A stretch of 63,880 nt of DNA, filler included, from Reticulomyxa filosa (taxonomy: Eukaryota; Protista; Foraminifera), in NCBI GenBank assembly GCA_000512085.1. It is 21 parts of 21 records of this genome, joined end to end, with 100 filler letters (N's around TTAATTAATTAA, not from the genome) between each part and the next. Parts side by side here need not be neighbours in the genome. Positions count along the whole stretch, not along the records: positions 25,310 to 27,706 come from ASPP01013467.1; positions 27,807 to 29,388 come from ASPP01002442.1; positions 29,489 to 30,549 come from ASPP01013923.1; positions 30,650 to 37,271 come from ASPP01024479.1; positions 37,372 to 40,823 come from ASPP01016314.1; 16 more parts are not named here. One strand, 5' to 3'. Below the pieces are notes generated by a model. The model was not told where the DNA came from. It made no database searches and was given only the letters and a program-made list of their open reading frames with translations. Each line of letters opens with the position of its first letter. Within the stretch, counting starts at the first letter, position 1. This document shows positions 26,076-37,994 of the stretch, piece after piece. The position numbers and the translations under genes were made by a program.

Positions 26076-27660
26076 TTAACTGAGTTCAATACTTGGCACC
26101 ATTTGAGGGTTAGGGACCACAAGATTGAAATCGGCTCCCTGAGGTGTCGATGACGGACGTGAGACGTGTCCAGAAGATGTATTAGCATTGTTTGTATTAA
26201 TAGTATTTCCAGACTTGGACTTATCAATTGAGTGAGTCTTTTCTCCTGATTTTTCTGAGTTGACAGACTTTTCTGGGGCCTGTGGTTTGTCTGACTTTTC
26301 CATGTGGCTGGCGTTTACCTCATCTGTCCAACGTTTCATTAAAGAACACAATTCAAGTTGGCGCAAGCAAGGAAGCCAAGCTATCCAACGATCAATGGTT
26401 CGCGAATGGAAACTTAGTACCATGCTACAAAAGCATGCGATAGTAGCTACAGCAAATTTCGTAAAAGCAAACAAGCAAGCCAATGTATTTGTGATTTAGT
26501 GTTGGTCAAGGTAATACACTGGGGTTCTGTTTCTTCTTTGAAGGAAGAGAATATGAACCCATCAAAAAGATAAAAATACAAAAATAACAAGTCTAACTTG
26601 AGGCTAAAAACAAATACACCAAGCCAGGGCTGACACGGAATCCTCTATTATAGCAGTTGTCTCCATTCGATATTTGACTATCCAATGTAACCAATTAAAG
26701 AAAAATGTAAGGACAGAGTGGTTTACAACAAGCATAGAAGAGGAAAATAATATATAAATATACATACGTAATTCTTATGCATATTATATATATGTATATA
26801 TATGTACATATATATGTATAAATATATGTATACACAGACAAACATGTACACAGTTCTAATACGTACATATCACAATAAAATATTAAAAAAAAGTGAACAA
26901 CGTGTGTACCCTAAAAAAAAAAAAACCAAATACATAAAGATCCTAATCTCAAAGGAATGGACATAGAGGGAACAAAAACAAACCAAAGAAGCCTAGATTC
27001 GGTAGCCGATTCAATTTTGTCAGTGTTGACGGCAATGTTGCCAGCAAAAATGAAAATGCACAGCCAACAAAACAAAACACCAAAAAGAAGATAGCCAGCC
27101 TTCCACCTAGTTGTGTCATTCTCTTTCTTTGTCCATGTGAAGACGAGGTTTTGGCAGTTTGGAACAGCAACATTCCAGCGCAAGGCATGAACACGGCCAT
27201 CACACACGTGGCAGCAAATAGCGGCAGAATGGAATACTCATAGAGCAGTCTTCTGTTACCACGCGCTCCTGGGTAGCATATTCCCAATACATGAAAGGCA
27301 TCATATACGTCATTCTTTAAGGAGCCAATGATAAAGCCAAGTATAATCAGCCAGATGATGATATGCCACTTCAATGAAGAAGAGCATAGACAGCTAACGC
27401 ACCAAGGGCCACACGGACTTTGTCCAAAGGAAGACTGTTTTAGCCTGTTTTTGTATTGGCTTTTTGCGCCCTTCATCATTCCGAATGTCAGTGCTGTCCT
27501 GCTTATATTGCCCTTTGGGCTTTGCTCGCCTATGCTAGACGTTGGTGATCGTTGGCCATTTGTTTCCTCATTCAAAAATAGGACGTCCAGACAATGCACA
27601 TTTATGCTGCAATTATTTTCCCACTATGTCCAATTCGGATTGGCACATTTCATTTAAACA
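26076..27660 (-). CDS. Smoothened/Frizzled-like class F GPCR, TM4 to C-tail (5'-truncated)
   Basis: TM4 WHIIIWL; ECL2 LGICYPG; TM5 ILPL; TM6 RLAIF; ECL3 RLLCQISNGDNCYNR..SP, built through introns 26678-26983 and 26447-26597; RTIDRW after TM7. One homopolymer frameshift lies in TM6. Confidence 0.8.
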
Positions 27661-29053
27661 AAAAACACATATTCTTTTTTTTTTTTTTTTTTTTTTTTTT
27701 GTGTCANNNNNNNNNNNNNNNNNNNNNNNNNNNNNNNNNNNNNNNNNNNNTTAATTAATTAANNNNNNNNNNNNNNNNNNNNNNNNNNNNNNNNNNNNNN
27801 NNNNNNTTTTATTTCTTTGCCACATTTTTGATCTTTCTTATTTATATCACCACGATTGCTGTTGTTTTGCATGCTTCCCTTACATTTTACAGCCTAATGC
27901 TGCGCTGTTAGAGTTTGTCCGATATAAGTATAATTAACAATTATGCTATGGACATTTACAAAGAATCATTAACAGAATCATTAAAACAACAACTATAAGA
28001 AATGATAAAAGAGACATCTTTGGGAATAGTAAAGCAAATTTTAGACATTTGGATGGACAAAATATAAGAGACTATAAAAATATTTCCACCAATGATGTAA
28101 GAGAGAATTTTATTTTAATTATATCATTCACTGGATTGACTGTACCAACTCCACCCATTTTTTACACACATGATTGTATAGCTTATACAAAATTCTAAAA
28201 GACATCAAATTCACAAGTTATTGAAAGGAATCAATATTTTTTCCAACCATCTTGTTGTTTATCCATTCACACAGATTTTGTGACAAAAGATTTTTCAAGG
28301 CATGTTTTTTTTCTTCTTGGATCTGATAGCTTGCAAGCGGTCTATTTTTGTTTGTTCGGCGATCACTGGCTGAAACATTTGAAGACATTTGTATACTTTG
28401 AAATCTTTACTCAATTTTCCAAATTTAATATGAATGAAAGTTGCATCATATTTTAAAAAATCCAAACATTTGATAAACTATTGTGTTAAACGCAAAAAGT
28501 CAACCATTCGTTTGAAATGCCAAATGAGAGCACAGTTGGACATTTGAACAACACATTTGAAAGCTGGACGGATATCTTACAACAATCACAACATAACTGT
28601 GTCCTTTTTGCATAAAAACGAACAAAACGTAAAGCCATTGGTTGATCTTTATCTGCTTTTGCAAGAATACTTGAAACTACATCAAATTGAAATATACTCA
28701 TTATGTGACCTCTTTTGGGTAGAATTCTAACAAAAAATCAAATTTTCTTCAATTCATAGAATTGAAATTTGACAATTGCTGGATGTGTGCAAGTCAAACA
28801 AAAAAATAATGAAAAAAAACAACAACAAAAGGATTTTACTCAAAATGACTGGAAGCAACAAAAATATCTATCAATCAGTATAACAGCTTTCTTAATATTG
28901 TATCACATGTTGATATTATGTTTGATATTATATTTGTATTATTTTTTTTAAGAAAAAAAAATTAAATAAAAATAAAAGTTTCCCTTTAGAACTTTTAAAA
29001 AAAAAACTTTAATTTAGATCATCTTGGAATTTTCAAACAAAAAAAAAAGAAGA

Positions 29054-29388
29054 ATGCAAGACAATCGAAATATCGCAACTTCATGTTACAACAAAAATTG
29101 GTTGTTACAAACAAATAACTTCGAAGAAATAAAGGGTTTTATCTGTTTACTTTGTGAGCAAGTCGTGGTCAATCCTATGGAATTCAATTGCCCCCAGCAC
29201 GAAACTATGAATGGTAGTTCAGTTGTTGGTGAGAATTGCTTGAAAGATTTTTTAAAAATAACGGCAATATCTGCCCAATCATGAAACATTGTGATTGTAA
29301 ATACTCAAAAACGAATTTCTTAAATCAATTAATTGGAAATTTGCCAGTTACGTGTATTATGCAATTTGAACATAATTTAAATGGAAGT
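29054..29388 (+). CDS. N-terminal RING-like/TRAF-type zinc-finger protein (3'-truncated)
   Basis: ICLLCEQV..NPMEFNCPQH....GENCLKDFL..N.NICPIMKH..C, then L.V.C. A frameshift falls in the T/A run at about 29250. Confidence 0.75.
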
Positions 29389-29488
29389 NNNNNNNNNNNN
29401 NNNNNNNNNNNNNNNNNNNNNNNNNNNNNNNNTTAATTAATTAANNNNNNNNNNNNNNNNNNNNNNNNNNNNNNNNNNNNNNNNNNNN

Positions 29489-30480
29489 TCCAACAACAAG
29501 TATCGTGTGACGGACAGTATGTAACAATGGCTTGCTCCCAAAGAGCGATTTGCCGAAGTGCATCTTCGCGAGTGAGTAAGACAAGATTCGAGGACACGGC
29601 CAGCCAAGGGTGGTTCAACGCATACGATGCGGTTGGACGATGCTTGGGGTTGATGACCAACGTGTGACGAATAAAGTGTTCGAGCAGACACCACTCTGCG
29701 TCTGACGACACATGCGTGGGTCTTGATTGCGAAAATGAGGAAGACAGGACAAACGCCAGGTCTTGTGCAATGCCTGCCGCATCGCGCAGGCAGATAGATT
29801 GAGTGGAAACAACCGACAATGGAATAACAATTCATACGTTATCACACCAACGCTCCATACGTCCCCACTCCACTCATGCCATGGCAAATGATTATCCAAT
29901 CTCTCGGGTGACATGTAATACAATGTACCGACCAATTCGTAATATTCACTGGCATTACTGCTATTGTCCACGTGCATTGCATTACCAAAGTCAATCATCT
30001 TCACTATGCTATGCCCATTTTCACTTTCACTTTCTTCTTCGCTTTTGTATACTTCTTCTTCTTCTTCTTCTTCTTTTGCTTCTGCTTCTTCTTCTTCTTC
30101 TGCTTCTTCTTCTCTTTCTTTTTCTTCTTCTTTTTCTTCCAGTGTTTCCATCTCTTCCTTGTCGCTTTGACTCTCATTATCACTTTCATTTTTACCCGTC
30201 TTTGCCTCCTTTTCAAATATCACCACATTTTCGGGCTTTATGTCTCGGTGGGCAATCTTGCGTTCGTGCAGTGTACTCACTGTTTTCAACAATGATCTAA
30301 TTATCCACCGAAAATCTTCCACTTTTCTGTTTAATCCTGTTTTTTTTTTTTTAAATACCTTTTATTTTATTTTTTTTTCTTAAAAGAATACGTCATACAT
30401 ACTGGTTAAATCATACGATGCTAACTCCGTAATAATGTAACAATGAAAGCGGTCACAGAAATAATCCTTTAGTCTTTGGC
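29489..30480 (-). CDS. Ser/Thr protein kinase, C-lobe fragment with an acidic insert
   Basis: HRDIKPEN, DFG, GTLYYMSPE, DVWSVG and RPTASYALNHPW, with a polyGlu insert between subdomains VIb and VII. One frameshift near 29810. Confidence 0.92.
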
Positions 30481-30649
30481 CATTGAATGGGATGCAAAAT
30501 ACATAAATTTTTTTTTTTTTTTTTTATTTGTTTTTGTTTCAAAATAAAANNNNNNNNNNNNNNNNNNNNNNNNNNNNNNNNNNNNNNNNNNNNTTAATTA
30601 ATTAANNNNNNNNNNNNNNNNNNNNNNNNNNNNNNNNNNNNNNNNNNNN

Positions 30650-31444
30650 TTGTCTTTGCTTGGTATTCATTTACCACATCTTTTTTTTTTTTTTGAAATC
30701 ATGGATATAGTGTCTATGAATAAAACAAAAAAGTAATTGAAAAAAAAATCAAACCATATAGATCCATCTTAAATCTGTGAAATAATAACCAGTTATCGGC
30801 GTCTCTGTCTGGAGCTTGATACCTTTTTTTTAAATTAAATTTTGAAGAAAAAAAGAAATTTGGACTTGTTGAATCCAAATTGAAACGAATAACAAAACTT
30901 AGCCCATGCTTCATTTCCAAAGGCTATAATTTCATAATTTCGACTCATCAACAATGCTGTCTTTGTCTTATTTTGAATCTCTTTTTTATCACATATTCCA
31001 CTGCTGTTCCAATCTGTTACAAGACGTACTGTGTCTTTTCCTTTAATATTAATGCCCATGCTCGTTCCATCAGTACCAAAATCAATTGCAATGATACAAT
31101 CGAAATTTTCTGCATTTTTCCATGGTATGCTTGATCTTTTTTTTCAGATTTAGTAACGTAAAAAAAAAACAAAAAGCAGAGTGAATTTTTTTTTTGGTTT
31201 TTTTAACTAAAAGAAAAGGAACAAACTGTGAGGCTTTGGGTTTGGGTTTGTCGTAAATTGATTTTGACTTTTCTTCTTCGCTCTGTCGGTGACCTATCTT
31301 CTGATCGATTGAGCGCTTGTTTTGAGTGTTGTTTTTTTGATTGTCGGCAAATGTCTGCCAGAAGGAACATAATTTCTGAATTTTTTCTGGTTTTTTTTTG
31401 ACATTTTCCTTCTCATTTCTTTTCTGTTCTTGTTCATATGACAT
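30650..31444 (-). CDS. HSPA12-like atypical Hsp70, 5' part
   Basis: IIAIDFGTDG, KTKTALL, AFGNEA and LFHRFKMDLY. Introns 31136-31226 and 30823-30898 are in frame. Confidence 0.85.
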
Positions 31445-32022
31445 TCCAGTTACTATCTTAGCGAATTTTTTTGTCGATTTGAAATTAAATTGATCACTTG
31501 CAAAAAGTAACTAAATATAGATTATTTATCCCTGATTCTCAATTTTAAAAAATGTCCAAAGGGTGCGAAAATAGAAATGCATTATGTTTACTTTTTTGCC
31601 CGCTCCTTTTACTATTTCTGTGATATTGCTTATATAATCAACTATTTTTGTGCATGACCATGTATTCATGGGATCAAACGAAATTGAAAGCAATGCTTTC
31701 TATTAATTATTAACAGTGTCCATGCTATCTTGTTTTTCTTACGTTATTATAACAATCAAATATATATTTTTCTGTTAAGCATTTTAAAAAATGGCAAAAT
31801 GATGCAATCTAATGTAAATAATTGATGAAACTTCTATTTTTTATTCTTGATTCATTACAGCCTTTCAGTTGTTGGATTGTTTAGAGTTTATGCGTAATAG
31901 TAATATCACAGAGAGTAATAACAGCCATTCATTATACTCTTCAAATGTCAAACGTTATTTCAAATATTGTGAATATTGTTCATTTGAATTATATTCAAAA
32001 TCCGAATAAAAGGCAATTATAA

Positions 32023-32606
32023 ATGGTTTTTCTGGACATACGTTGAAGACGGAAAAAAATTATCAAAAATCCAACAAAAGATAGAAATAAAAAACTTGGA
32101 AATGTCAAATAAACAGAGGGCAATGAAGATGTCAAAGAAGTAACAGAAAAGACACAGAATGTACATTCCTTCTGGCAGACATATGCCGACAACCAAAAAA
32201 ACAAAACTCAAAACAGCATGAAAGAAAGCACACAATGAGTCAAAAGACATATCGCCGACAAATAGAAGAAAAAAGTTGCGGCTGATCTACGACAAATCCA
32301 AAGCCCCACGGTTTTACATCGTTTCTTTTAATTAAAAAAATTAGAGGGAAAAAAAAAACACTCTAATTTTTTTTATCGCTAACTACAAAAAAAAAGAGCG
32401 AGTGTGCCATGGAAAAACACTGATGTCATTTTGTTTCATTGTTTTATTGTTTTATAGTGATCGAACAGCGTTACTCCAAACAGAATAAAGATAAGAAAAA
32501 TATGCACGTTACAATCTATCGCACTGAGAAAACGGACCCAGGAATGCTCACTGGATGCAAACGTTTAGGAGAGATTAGCATTCCATATTCAGAAGATTTT
32601 GATTAA
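32023..32606 (+). pseudogene. Inverted HSPA12-like paralog with a large internal deletion
   Basis: SFWQTYADNQKNKTQN, IYDKSKA and PWKN match the 31444 gene. They are followed almost directly by the C-terminal-like IYRTEKTDPGMLTGCKRLGEISIPY. Confidence 0.7.
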
Positions 32607-33823
32607 ATCAAACCAAAAAACGAATTGTTGCAAAAGGCTTGAAAAAAGATTAACATTGAATAAATAAATCACATTATTTCTCATTCAAAAATTTTTATAC
32701 TCACTAAACAAAAACAATAGACATGATTTAATTCAATTTTTCATTAGCCATTTGTTGATTTTTAAAAAGTTTAAGCATTTTTTTTTCTTGCATATCCAAG
32801 ATCACAATCTATAATTTTGCAAAGATTCAAATCCTAACAAACACTGCAAAGTGTTGTGAAATGGATATAGTTAATATCAACAAATGTACATTAAATAATT
32901 TAACAGTTTTAGTGTTGCATATTTAACAACATTTTATGCTTTTTATTTTTCAAAAACAAACATGTAATACATTCGTCATGATGGAAATGATAAAAGATTT
33001 CCAATTACAAGAAATAAAATTACTTTTATTCTTACTCCAAAAAATTTGGAGTATTTCTTGATAGATAAAATTCTCAAAAATTGGAACATTTTACAATTTT
33101 TTTTTGATAAAAGGTAATTGCAACAATTATTACCATTCCCATAAACTTAAAAAAAAACAACTACAAAACTTTAGTTTCAAGATTCAAAAGTTTCCCTCTT
33201 AATTGATAATCGCTTTATTGGAAAAGATAATTTTTGAAAGAAAGAAAAGAAATAAAGAAGATAAACATGCCAAAAGTAACTGATACTTACAAGATTTTGA
33301 TTGGAATGAAAAATTAATGTAGTTATGTTGTATATGATAGTATACTATTATCGATAACACAACACAAACTAATTTGTCTTGTATCGATTCGATTAAACTT
33401 ACTTGGCTATTTCTGATTGATCTGACTGATTTCTGAATCTTTACTCAACTAAGTTCCATTTAGCTTAATTTAAATTAATTCGACTTGGTTCAATTAATTT
33501 GGTTTGATTCAATTTCAATTTTAACTTCACTTTCAATTTAATTCAGTTATTTTTTTTTCTGAAATTTTCAAAGCTACTGATAAACTTTTCATCTTTTCTG
33601 TTGATAGTGCAAAGTAATTTTATCATTTATTTTTGCTTGATAAAATAAAGTGTTACATTTCATTTTTTAGAATGCATAAAAATATATTCAATATCACCAC
33701 TAATTTAAAACATTATATAATAATATTTTAATTGAAAATCAAAAAAATTTATATTTATTAGTAGTGAAAAAATTTACTTCTTTAATTGATCAACAAAATT
33801 CGTTTGTTGTTGGAAAAATAATA

Positions 33824-34617
33824 TTATCCCCAAATACGAATTTGACCTTCGATTAAACCATAACACAAATAAATACCGCAATTAAGATTTCCATTGCATT
33901 TTTTGCTCTTTTTTAATTGTATAAATTTAAGACTTATTATTCCATTAACTTCTTTATTATTTTCTTTTATCACATGCAATTCATTCTTATTTGATCGAAT
34001 ATCCCAAAAACGAATTGTATTATCATATGATCCAGAACATATCACATTCGAACTGCCACTGGTTTCAATGTTATTTACTACAAATGGCGAATATTCAACA
34101 ACACTCACCTGATCATCATGTCCCTTAAAAACTTGAATTTGTTTACTAGATCGAATATCCCATAAACAAATACTTGTATCATCTGATCCAGATAATATTG
34201 TGTTTGCACCACCAATACTATCTAATTCATTTGATCCATATTTTACACTCCTCACAATGTCTGTATTTTCTCTTAATATATTTAATTGCTTAGCTGTTTC
34301 AATATCCCATATTCGAATAGTATTATCATGTGGTCCAGAACAAATTGTATATCCATTACCACCAATTACACCAATACTATTTCTTTCATTGTTATTATTG
34401 CTTTGCAATGGTGAAATATCCACACAACAAACATTATTTTCATGTCCATTGAAAACATGTAATGATTTTGATGTTTCAACATCCCATAAACGAATTGTTT
34501 TATCCCGTGATCCAGAACACAAATATCTACCACCATTAAATGATGAAAATTCAATACCATAAACATCATGAGTATGTGCACTGAATATTTGTAATTGTTT
34601 ATTATGTTTGAAATCCC
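33824..34617 (-). CDS. WD40-repeat protein of the lineage-specific ICSGS..D.TIR.WD family, 5'-truncated (possibly a pseudogene)
   Basis: Repeated CSGS.D.TIR.WD units with a GGNGYT insert. The WD40 sequence stops abruptly near 34617. Confidence 0.85.
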
Positions 34618-34997
34618 GAATTTATGTCGTATGTGGGCAGCCCGTTAAATTTAGTGGTCGGTTTTAATGTAAATTTTTGGAATTTGTAAATGATCTTTTG
34701 TGTTTTTATAGTATATATGCTGGCAGTTTAATTATTGAATTTGTGCTATCAAAATTGCTTTAACAAGTAATTTACTTTGATAGTTACAGTTAATTTTTTA
34801 ATAATAGTACCATTGTTTGTGAGTGTGTTAAATCAATAAAAATTTTTAAATTGTTTAGTACTGCTAATACGGATGAAAGAGAAGTGATGATATAACGAAG
34901 ATGCTTTTTCAACTGATTTCATTAGATGTATTTCTATGATCCCAAAATAAATAAACTTTGTCAATGAAATTGTTATCAAAACAACTAACTCTTTTTT

Positions 34998-35330
34998 TTA
35001 ACGTGTTTGTCTGCCAAAGCGAATTGCAATGGTCATGCTAGATTCCTGTTTTGTATTGTCAGAATTGAAGAAATACATCCGAAATTTCCTTGTAGGACTA
35101 TCGTCATTTGGTTCCACTAAGGACATGCATGTGTCCTCTTGATTGCTTATTTCATATATTTGGGCACAAAGTTGTTCGCAATCGTTGACTAATTCAATCA
35201 CATCACTTTCTTCGGTTTGTTTGTGATATCGCGTGACAAGGTCGTGTAGAGCTTTCATTTCGGAAGATAGGGCCTTTTTGCACTCCTCCGAGTTGGCTTG
35301 CTCCAATTCTTTGACAATATCTTCGGACAT
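34998..35330 (-). CDS. Unknown helical protein exon
   Basis: Protein-like ORF (MSEDIVKELEQ...). No family recognised. Confidence 0.35.
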   Translation of the reverse strand: MSEDIVKELEQANSEECKKALSSEMKALHDLVTRYHKQTEESDVIELVNDCEQLCAQIYEISNQEDTCMSLVEPNDDSPTRKFRMYFFNSDNTKQESSMTIAIRFGRQTR

Positions 35331-36199
35331 ACCGCACTTATTTATTATGTATTGCAAAATTATGAGTTTAAGAATCTGAAACAAGATTCTTCGTTTGTAT
35401 ACTTCGGTTGTTTCATTGTTGTCCTTGCTGTTCTTAAACTATTCTACCATTCCATCTGGTTCCTGGTCACTCCAGTGGCTATTCTTAGTGAGAGCTGTAC
35501 ATATTTGTTTCTGGCACTGTTATTTTTTTCTACAAACAAATTTTTAAAAAAAACCAAGATGTTCAGCAGGATTTTGGAGCCATTTTCTCATTAGAAGAAA
35601 ATTCTTTACATCTTCTCGTATATTATTGTTGATTGGAATATCCTTGATTTTTTTGCTATTTTCATTACAATACAATCATTGTGTTATATTATACTAAAAA
35701 AAAGGAGTTAATTATTTGGTTATTGGCTTGCATTGAAGCCTGCTGTTTAAATGTTATATTTGTTCGCTGCCATTTATTTTTTATGCATTGCAGACGAAAT
35801 TGCAAGGCATCACCCTTACGCCATTCTTTCATGTCAAAAGTGATCTTTTTTTTTTGGACAAATATTTTTTTAAAAAAAAAAGTTCCAAAAATAACTGTTT
35901 GTCATTTTTACTAAAAAAAGACCTAATTGTTCCATACTACCATCCTGTAAAGAATTATGGTATAAAATTATATTTTTCCAACATTTCTATATTAGATTAT
36001 CCACTTAAAACTTTATAAGTGTGTTCGTTCGCCACAAAATTTGTTTTTATCATAAAATGGCTTTATGGCTCATTTGACGTTCTTCCTTTCAGTATACCAG
36101 TAGGGGGGACAACGGAAAAGAAAATATTGAGTGGAGAAATCTTTTAACAAATGATTGGATATTTCATAACCAGTATGAGATCATCGTGGGTGTATGCAA

Positions 36200-37271
36200 T
36201 TGTATTGTTAGCACGTGTTAAATGCATTTCCGGTAGTATCAAGTGCAAGTAATGTGACTATAAGCAGTTCAAGCGGGAACGTGACGAACAGTCAAATATA
36301 TCTGAATCCTCATGGAACACGTTGATCAACCGCTCTGCCAGCCATGTGGAAATCGATAACGTGGAAGTGTGTGCAATGTCCACAAGGACACAACAACTTG
36401 ACATGCGTGTCGGCGGTGCAAATTTCCAACAATGATTTGATGTCATTAGAAAACGAAAGTATACGTATTCTTCAAAGCAAGCTGGTGATCAACCCAAGCC
36501 AGTCCAATAAGAGTTTGTGTGCCAAAACGCCTGCCATGGATATGTTCCCATCCACTTCGAGTGTCTCCCCGACCTCTTACACATTAAACTTCAAAGCAGT
36601 AGCATACAGGTAAAAAAAAAGGGGGATTTACTTATAGCAAGAGATGGGTGGGGGATTGAGTATGTGAAGAATCTGGTTCAAAAAGATTTTTTTTTTTAAT
36701 TAAAAAAAAGCAATATATATGGGCGAGTGACAAAGTAGAAGCAAATGTTACAGTGGTGATAAGCCCACCACTGTCAAATGGGACATACAACTTGTATCCA
36801 CAGTCAGGGGTCTGTACATGCTTCGAGACATGGTTTAAGATCAACCGTTCCGAGTACCATGTTGGCGTGAACACAGTATTCGACTACCAATACTATCTGC
36901 CATCGCAGCAAATCTACCTTTCCAACGTCTCGAAATTCAATCCGAACGAGTTGCGATTTCAAATGAACACAACGTCAAACGTCACCTCCAAGCACTTATT
37001 GTCGACACGCACAACTTCGTCTGCTACAACCTACTTATCAAAAACATCTCGGAGTCAACCTTTATGAAAAATGCGTCCGTTTTTATGGCCTTTTGAACCA
37101 ACAGAAGGATGACGTAATTACCAATCGTCAAGCCACCATTCAATTCTCTAGTAACATTTTTGCAAGTGTTGTCTGATGCCGCAATGTTAGTTTCATTTTT
37201 TATCCCCCTTTTAAAAAAAAAAATTGAAATTAGATCGTACAATAACGCAGATCGCAAAAGTATAGCAGATT
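36200..37271 (+). pseudogene. REJ/PKD-like extracellular module, disrupted
   Basis: ITWKC and SPPLSNGTYNLYPQSG..FETWF...FDYQYY resemble the REJ pattern PP..G....P..G..T.F...Y.Y. Internal stops are present. Confidence 0.45.
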
Positions 37272-37994
37272 NNNNNNNNNNNNNNNNNNNNNNNNNNNNN
37301 NNNNNNNNNNNNNNNTTAATTAATTAANNNNNNNNNNNNNNNNNNNNNNNNNNNNNNNNNNNNNNNNNNNNTTTGTTAAAAATTACGAAAGATACAATGC
37401 TAATTCTTTTTTTAAAAAGTATCTACTTGACTTGAAGATTCCTAAAATGAAAACAAAAAGATTTAAAAATTTCTTATTTGCAATACAGTTCAACTTATAT
37501 GAACTCATTCGAAATTTTTAAAAATCATTTCAAACAATCATATTTTCAATCAACCTAAAAAAAACTTATTATAAAACCAATTTAATATTTAAAAACTACA
37601 AAATTAGTATATTTTTTTAAAAAAATTAATTTTAAATCTTTATTTTTCATGGAGAAAATCGATTCTCTTCATATAGTGCCATTTAAGTATGGCAGTTTTT
37701 TTTGCAATCTACTATATTCTTTAAACTCAATTGAAGATAATACTTAAATTTGTGATTATGTTATCTTCGTTTCCTACCCATTGCTTTTTAAATTAAAATA
37801 GACAAATGTTTTAATATATAAAAAAATACTGGGCTAAGATTAACAATAAGTTGCAAAGTGTTAATTTGACTTTATTGCCCAACGAAAACTACTATTGATG
37901 TTACACAACGACTTAGAAAAATTGACCTCAAATTAAAAAAATCATCGACTGATATCCGACATTCGAACACGCTTCTTTTCAATATTTGGGATAC

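Noticed and set aside
27807-28720. Short protein-like fragments on both strands
   Set aside because: Too decayed to assign a strand or family.
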